Shown: positions 15,982 to 20,000 of the stretch, one piece after another
Layout of the letters: every line of letters begins with the position of its first letter
Numbering within the stretch: position 1 is the first letter of the stretch
Virus record (IMG/VR): IMGVR_UViG_3300037418_001250
Direction: 5' to 3' (one strand)
Origin: an uncultured virus (IMG/VR IMGVR_UViG_3300037418_001250)
Taxonomy: Duplodnaviria > Heunggongvirae > Uroviricota > Caudoviricetes
Length of the DNA stretch: 20,000 nt
Program-made: the position numbers and the translations under genes
The notes under the pieces: model-generated
Database searches by the model: none
Told to the model about the DNA's origin: nothing
The model's input: the letters and a program-made list of their open reading frames with translations, nothing else

Positions 15982-16035
15982 AACCAATGCAACAAAAGAA
16001 ACAAACTCAACAAATGCAACAATAAGAACAAGAGA
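15982..16035 (+). repeat. Six 9-bp-phased AAC(A/C)A units
   Basis: AACCAATGC, AACAAAAGA, AACAAACTC, AACAAATGC, AACAATAAG, AACAAGAGA at 15982, 15991, 16000, 16009, 16018, 16027. Confidence 0.8.
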
Positions 16036-16040
16036 AGAAC
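16026..16040. promoter_or_regulatory. Alphaproteobacterial LexA (SOS) box candidate
   Basis: GAAC-AAGAGAA-GAAC = GAAC-N7-GAAC in an intergenic AT-rich region. Confidence 0.6.
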
Positions 16041-16115
16041 ATAACATTACAAATAGTTAATGTTTATGGCTGGGGCCTTGGCCTTGCCGCCCCGCCCCCA
16101 AATCACCTAGCCCTT

Positions 16116-16326
16116 GGATAGCCTCGGCGCGTAACGGGGTTCGAGCTTGCAGAGCCGCCGAAGTCGAGGGCCTTCGGTGGCTCTCGCCGTTTCTGGATGC
16201 AACACGTTCAACGCCGCCATCAGCCATCACCCCGCCATAGGCACAAAGGGCATGATGCGCCGGTTACGAACCGTCCGTGCTTCCGGGTCAGCCAAAGAAA
16301 AGGGTGCTCAGTCCGAGCACCCGTTT
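16116..16326 (+). ncRNA. Candidate structured non-coding RNA
   Basis: Possible promoter TTGCCG(16084)-N18-TAGCCC(16108); 13-bp stem 16151-16184 with G-U on the plus strand; ends at hairpin 16302-16322; no credible ORF. Confidence 0.35.
16294..16322 (-). terminator. Intrinsic terminator downstream of the exonuclease gene
   Basis: GGGTGCTC/GAGCACCC stem (16302-16322) followed on the minus strand by TTTTCTTT. Confidence 0.8.
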
Positions 16327-16361
16327 CACGTGAAGCAACTCGTTGCCGTTTTAGAAAGCCT

Positions 16362-17279
16362 CTAGGCCGCGACCGTTTCGATCTTCTCGATCAACTGCTC
16401 GAACTCCAGCTCTTCGAAAAAGTCGAACACCTTGCGATAGTCGCGCTCTTGGTTTGCGATGGTCGCGAAGTCGAACTTGCCCGGCAGACAGTCGGGCCTA
16501 AGCTTCGTCAATTCGAGGTTCAAGAGCAGACGCTTTTCCATGCGCGCGATCCTTGCGATGATCGCGCTCTTGCCCTTGAGCTGTGAAATCGGAAAGTCAG
16601 GATCGAGAACGGTTGGATGAGCAGCGAGCGCCGCCTCCTTGCACGCCGCGATCATCTGCGCGAATGTCGGATGGTCGTTGATGAGGCTCGCGGCCGTCTT
16701 CGGCCCGACCTTCGGGACGCCGGGGACATTGTCGGCGACGTCGCCCTGCAGCGCCAGAGCTTCGCTGATGCGGTCCGGCATGACGCCCCACTTGGCGAAA
16801 GCTTCGGCTTCGCCGTAGAACTTTCGTTCGACCGGCCGGTATTGCGTCACGCCCGGCCGAATGAGCGCCATCAGGTCCTTGTCTTCGGAGAGGATCAGAA
16901 CTTCGCCGCCCTCCGCCACGAAGGCTTCCGTCAACCCGGCGATCACGTCGTCGGCTTCCTGCCCCATGACGCGGACGACGGGGATGCCGAGAGCTTCGCA
17001 GGCGCGGTCGGCGAGCGGGAATTGCGAAATGAGGTCATCGTCGCGCTCGCTCCGGTTGTTCTTGTACTCAGGATCGATCTGGACGCGGCCTGAGCGGCCG
17101 GCATCGCCGACGGCGACCCAATGGGTCGCCTCGAACTGGCGCGCCCTGGTCATCCACAAGAGACTATCGCAGAGGCCGTAGACGGCGCCGCAGGCAACGC
17201 CACCGGAGGTCGCGAGCTTCGGCAGGGCGTGGTAGGCGCGGTGAATGAAGGCCGAGTGATCGAGCAAGTTTAGCCGCAT
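16362..17279 (-). CDS. Stand-alone 5'-3' exonuclease / flap endonuclease (Pol I N-terminal domain family)
   Basis: LLD.S.FIHRAYHA, YK.NR, EADDVIA, SEDKDL, GDVADNVPGVPKVGPKTA (H3TH). Confidence 0.93.
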   Translation of the reverse strand: MRLNLLDHSAFIHRAYHALPKLATSGGVACGAVYGLCDSLLWMTRARQFEATHWVAVGDAGRSGRVQIDPEYKNNRSERDDDLISQFPLADRACEALGIPVVRVMGQEADDVIAGLTEAFVAEGGEVLILSEDKDLMALIRPGVTQYRPVERKFYGEAEAFAKWGVMPDRISEALALQGDVADNVPGVPKVGPKTAASLINDHPTFAQMIAACKEAALAAHPTVLDPDFPISQLKGKSAIIARIARMEKRLLLNLELTKLRPDCLPGKFDFATIANQERDYRKVFDFFEELEFEQLIEKIETVAA

Positions 17280-17494
17280 GGTTCCCCCTTGAGCGTTTTG
17301 AGAAGATCGCGCCCGGCATCGGTCAACGATGCGTAGGCGATTTCGCCGTCACGGCCGCGTGGCCCGACGGCAACGAGACCCTTGCCCGCGAGAGCGTCGA
17401 GGGTCTGGCCGTGGACGGGCTTGAGCAAGGGATCATCCTCGCTCAAGCGTTCGAGCAGGTAGCGTTCGAAGATCGGCAGATCAGCTACGGCCAT
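17270..17494 (-). CDS. Small protein, possible winged-helix
   Basis: 'TLDALAGKGLV......ASLTDAGR'; SD GGAAGG. Confidence 0.65.
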   Translation of the reverse strand: MAVADLPIFERYLLERLSEDDPLLKPVHGQTLDALAGKGLVAVGPRGRDGEIAYASLTDAGRDLLKTLKGEPCG

Positions 17495-17717
17495 GAACGC
17501 CTTCCATGCGTTGAAGCGGCATGTTCCGGCGTGCGGCATGGCCGCAACAAACCTTGTCCGGTTCGGAGTGGCAGGCCCAGGCGGTACTGTTGGGGCCGCA
17601 GATGGCAGCGATCTCGCCCACCGAAGGAAGGCAGCCGAGATTGTAAGCCATTTCTGTGGTCGGCTCGCCGACGTTGAATGGGCAACCAGAGCAATAGCCT
17701 TTGTGGACCTCACTCAT
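17481..17717 (-). CDS. Cys-rich hypothetical protein (78 aa)
   Basis: CSGCPF, GCLPS, WACHS, CCGH; ATGA overlap. Confidence 0.7.
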   Translation of the reverse strand: MSEVHKGYCSGCPFNVGEPTTEMAYNLGCLPSVGEIAAICGPNSTAWACHSEPDKVCCGHAARRNMPLQRMEGVHGRS

Positions 17718-18001
17718 GGCGCGAGCTTCGCGCTTCGATGCACGATCACTTCGTCTTTCCAGGCGGCAAACGTCATGCCGCACTTCGGGCATTCGACCGC
17801 TGTCGCCAACCAGTCGACGCCCTCATGCTTGGCGCTTTCAAGGCAATGCGGACAGCAGTATTCATCGCCCGCATTGGTGTGATCGGCAAAGCCGATGTAT
17901 TTGAGCACGTCGCTCGCCTCTTCGTGCTCGCCGCATTTTTCGGCGCGGTGAAATTCGCGGCCTTGGAAGAAGCAGCCGCAGGGCAATGGTGTCGTTGTCA
18001 C
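17714..18001 (-). CDS. Zn-ribbon protein (95 aa, GTG start)
   Basis: SD GAGGAG, GTGA overlap; CPHC...CPKC. Confidence 0.7.
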   Translation of the reverse strand: MTTTPLPCGCFFQGREFHRAEKCGEHEEASDVLKYIGFADHTNAGDEYCCPHCLESAKHEGVDWLATAVECPKCGMTFAAWKDEVIVHRSAKLAP

Positions 18002-18246
18002 GATGTGGTCTCCTCTTTGTGCTTGTCGGCCTCGTCGAAAAAATCTTCGGCGTTGTCGGCATTTTGCGCCATGAGGCGGACGACGTCGCCAATGACCATT
18101 TCGTCGCTGCATTGATGGCAGAGACCGGGCGCACAAACATCGAGTGTGTCGTAAGCTTTCTCGATGGCGTCACGTGCATTGTCGGCTTCAACTTCACCGA
18201 GCGGCGCCGTCAAATCGATGACGGCGATGATTTGATATTTTCCCAT
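17998..18246 (-). CDS. Acidic hypothetical protein (82 aa)
   Basis: 'EVEADNARDAIEKA', CHQC; fits the operon. Confidence 0.7.
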   Translation of the reverse strand: MGKYQIIAVIDLTAPLGEVEADNARDAIEKAYDTLDVCAPGLCHQCSDEMVIGDVVRLMAQNADNAEDFFDEADKHKEETTS

Positions 18247-18247
18247 G

Positions 18248-18550
18248 TCACTTCACCCGCTTGTTGGCGATGCGAAACTCTTTTCCGACGGCGGCGAGCG
18301 CGCCGGTCATCGTGTAGTGCTGCGGGCACCGGGTATCGCCCTTGCGCCAAGCGCTGAGTGTCGATGCGCCGATGAGGCCGTTCGACATTTTTGCGACCTC
18401 CGCCGGCTTCATATCGGCGACGGCGTCGAGCACGTCCCGCAACGCTGGGTCACGGCGCTGAATGTTTTGCTGCCGCTTGACGAATTGCCGGGCCTTGTGA
18501 GCTTCCTTCGCGGTTTTCGAGCGATAGAGCGGCTTATTGATCTTGAGCAT
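18248..18550 (-). CDS. XRE-like HTH protein
   Basis: 'MKPAEVAKMSNGLIGASTLSAWRKGDTRCP...TM..AL.AVG'. Confidence 0.7.
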   Translation of the reverse strand: MLKINKPLYRSKTAKEAHKARQFVKRQQNIQRRDPALRDVLDAVADMKPAEVAKMSNGLIGASTLSAWRKGDTRCPQHYTMTGALAAVGKEFRIANKRVK

Positions 18551-18571
18551 TGAGGGCTTCCCTTTTTGGTT

Positions 18572-18799
18572 TTAGGACTTTGTAAATTTGAGCATTCCGA
18601 CGGCGTGACCGTCGCTGTCATGCAGTTCAGCGTCGCCTAGTTTCTGGTTGATCTGCATGTCTCCGAGGGCGTCGTTAATGGCATCGAGAACGCAGCTAAC
18701 CTCGGCCAGCATGAGATCGATTTTTGAGGCGGGTTCCTCGAGGTCTTCGACGCGAGAGAAGGCGGGTGATGAGCAGTCAATTTCGATTGTCAGCTTCAT
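18572..18799 (-). CDS. Hypothetical protein (75 aa)
   Basis: SD AAGGA; 'MKLTIEID.SSPAF....LHDSDGHAVG'. Confidence 0.7.
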   Translation of the reverse strand: MKLTIEIDCSSPAFSRVEDLEEPASKIDLMLAEVSCVLDAINDALGDMQINQKLGDAELHDSDGHAVGMLKFTKS

Positions 18800-18968
18800 T
18801 TGATTTTCCTTTTTGAGATCGCCGTGCAGTGCGCGCTATCTCCCAGCGCATACCGGGAGATAGCTTTTCGAAATCGGATTGCGTGCCGTTGAATGTGCCG
18901 GGCGGCAGGTCGTCGACCGTGGGCGTCGGCTCGGACGGCTGATACGTCCAGAACGAAGCCCCGGTCAT
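18777..18968 (-). CDS. Hypothetical protein (63 aa)
   Basis: ATGA overlap at 18965-18968, SD GGAGG. Confidence 0.6.
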   Translation of the reverse strand: MTGASFWTYQPSEPTPTVDDLPPGTFNGTQSDFEKLSPGMRWEIARTARRSQKGKSNEADNRN

Positions 18969-19216
18969 CGGTTCCGCCTCCAATCTGACCCGAAGGTTTC
19001 CGTCATCATCACGCGGTCGTAATGGTCGGCATCGGATCGATTGATGAAAATTGGCAGATAGGGCTTTGGTAACTCGCTGCCATCAATGTCGTAGGCAACT
19101 TTGCCGAAGCGGGCAGTCGTGATGCCATTCGCCTTGAGCCATTCGAGCCGCGCGCTGTCGGTGCGGGCATTGCCGATGAAAATTTCATCGGCTTCGATCT
19201 TCTCATGATGCGACAT
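18965..19216 (-). CDS. Hypothetical protein (83 aa)
   Basis: ATG 19216 after GGGAG. Confidence 0.7.
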   Translation of the reverse strand: MSHHEKIEADEIFIGNARTDSARLEWLKANGITTARFGKVAYDIDGSELPKPYLPIFINRSDADHYDRVMMTETFGSDWRRNR

Positions 19217-19220
19217 CGGT

Positions 19221-19979
19221 CTATCTCCCGATGCGAAGCTGACCGCCACCGACTTTGCCGCCGCCGAGATCGACCCGGCCGCCGGCGGCTTGACCGGCGT
19301 GATAGGCGCTCGCCGATCTGACGCTGCTCGACCGCGACGTCGTGCGCAGGTTGAGGCCCTGCTCGCGGCAGTAGTCGCGATACTTGGTCGAGACGACCTG
19401 ATCCTTGACGACGACCAGCGAACGCCCCGTCACGCGATGCGCTTGGTCGGCAGCTTCACGCGCCCGGCGCATGTCGTTGATGCGGTTGCAGACGCGGGTG
19501 CAGAAGCCGGTCGCAAACGACGCCCGGATGGTGCGGCCGTTGACGTTGCGGTTGCGCTCGGGGCTCTTCATGTAGCGCGCCGCCTCGGTGTCGAGCGACA
19601 AGACCAGCATGGCCAGCATGTCCATCGCGAGGCGGGTTTCTTCGAGCGAACCGAAGAAGACCACGTTGCGGTCCCGGTCGAGATAGGTTTTGCAGTTGAA
19701 GTACCGCGCCACCGGCACCGCGCACCAGCCGACGGCCTCGTGCTGCGTCGTCGACGCGGCGCTGCGGGTGAATTTCTTGCGCCGCGCCCCATAGCGGTCT
19801 TCGCTGACTTCCTTTTCGACGTCGGTGTAGGTGAGGTCGTATTCCTGCATCAGCTTGTCGGCGGCTTCCGCGGCGTTCATCGCTTCCGCTTCGGTGCAGC
19901 CGTTGGCTTCGGTCATGGCGAGCAGGGCGCGGATTTTGGCGAGCAGCTTTTCGCGCTTGGCTTGGTTATCGGTCGTCAT
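19221..19979 (-). CDS. DUF2786-domain phage protein
   Basis: 'KLLAKIRALLAM....CTEAEA.NAAEAADKLMQEY', 'R.SF..GF', 'AYHAGQAAG..VDL'; preceded by GACTGGAGA at 19987-19995. Confidence 0.88.
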   Translation of the reverse strand: MTTDNQAKREKLLAKIRALLAMTEANGCTEAEAMNAAEAADKLMQEYDLTYTDVEKEVSEDRYGARRKKFTRSAASTTQHEAVGWCAVPVARYFNCKTYLDRDRNVVFFGSLEETRLAMDMLAMLVLSLDTEAARYMKSPERNRNVNGRTIRASFATGFCTRVCNRINDMRRAREAADQAHRVTGRSLVVVKDQVVSTKYRDYCREQGLNLRTTSRSSSVRSASAYHAGQAAGGRVDLGGGKVGGGQLRIGR

Positions 19980-20000
19980 CGTCGTTTCTCCAGTCGTTTT

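Noticed and set aside
15484..16044. Plus-strand ORF ending in NKRNKLNKCNNKNK
   Set aside because: Antisense to real genes; the tail is just the translated AACAA repeat.
16047..16060. Possible CtrA box
   Set aside because: TTAC-N6-TTAA does not fit TTAA-N7-TTAA spacing or sequence.
16116..16326. tRNA or retron msr-msd
   Set aside because: No convincing cloverleaf, and no reverse transcriptase gene in the window.
16362..17279. polA or a truncated polA pseudogene
   Set aside because: The ORF ends cleanly before a terminator with no polymerase-domain remnants; stand-alone 5'-3' exonucleases are common in phages.

Overview
GC-rich segment of a temperate phage or prophage, most likely infecting an alphaproteobacterium (GcrA homolog, GAAC-N7-GAAC box). 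No structural, lysis or integrase genes are visible. The left end holds a divergent cI-like/cro-like switch. A rightward regulation and replication operon follows (312-9143): GcrA-like regulator, 4-TM membrane protein with a putative C-terminal DNA-binding domain, replication initiator with internal 12-bp iterons, split Zn-binding-domain plus TOPRIM/SF4 primase-helicase, SSB, stand-alone TSCPD domain and Zn-finger proteins. It converges at a terminator (9149-9182) with a long leftward array of mostly small accessory genes (9221-19979; DUF6874-, DUF3768-, DUF6166-, KTSC- and DUF2786-like proteins, UvrD-like helicase, 5'-3' exonuclease). The most notable non-coding structure: (i) a start-associated motif AACCCG-(N)-AGACTGGAGA-N5-8-ATG before at least 8 leftward genes; (ii) its reverse complement in the 3' UTR and terminator loop of the same leftward array, a candidate antisense controller; (iii) a dispersed operator-like palindrome TTTCN-N5-NGAAA; (iv) a 455-bp intergenic hub (15907-16361) with 9-bp-phased AACAA repeats, a LexA-type box, a candidate ncRNA and a parS-like site. 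Family names come from motif recognition by eye, not database searches.
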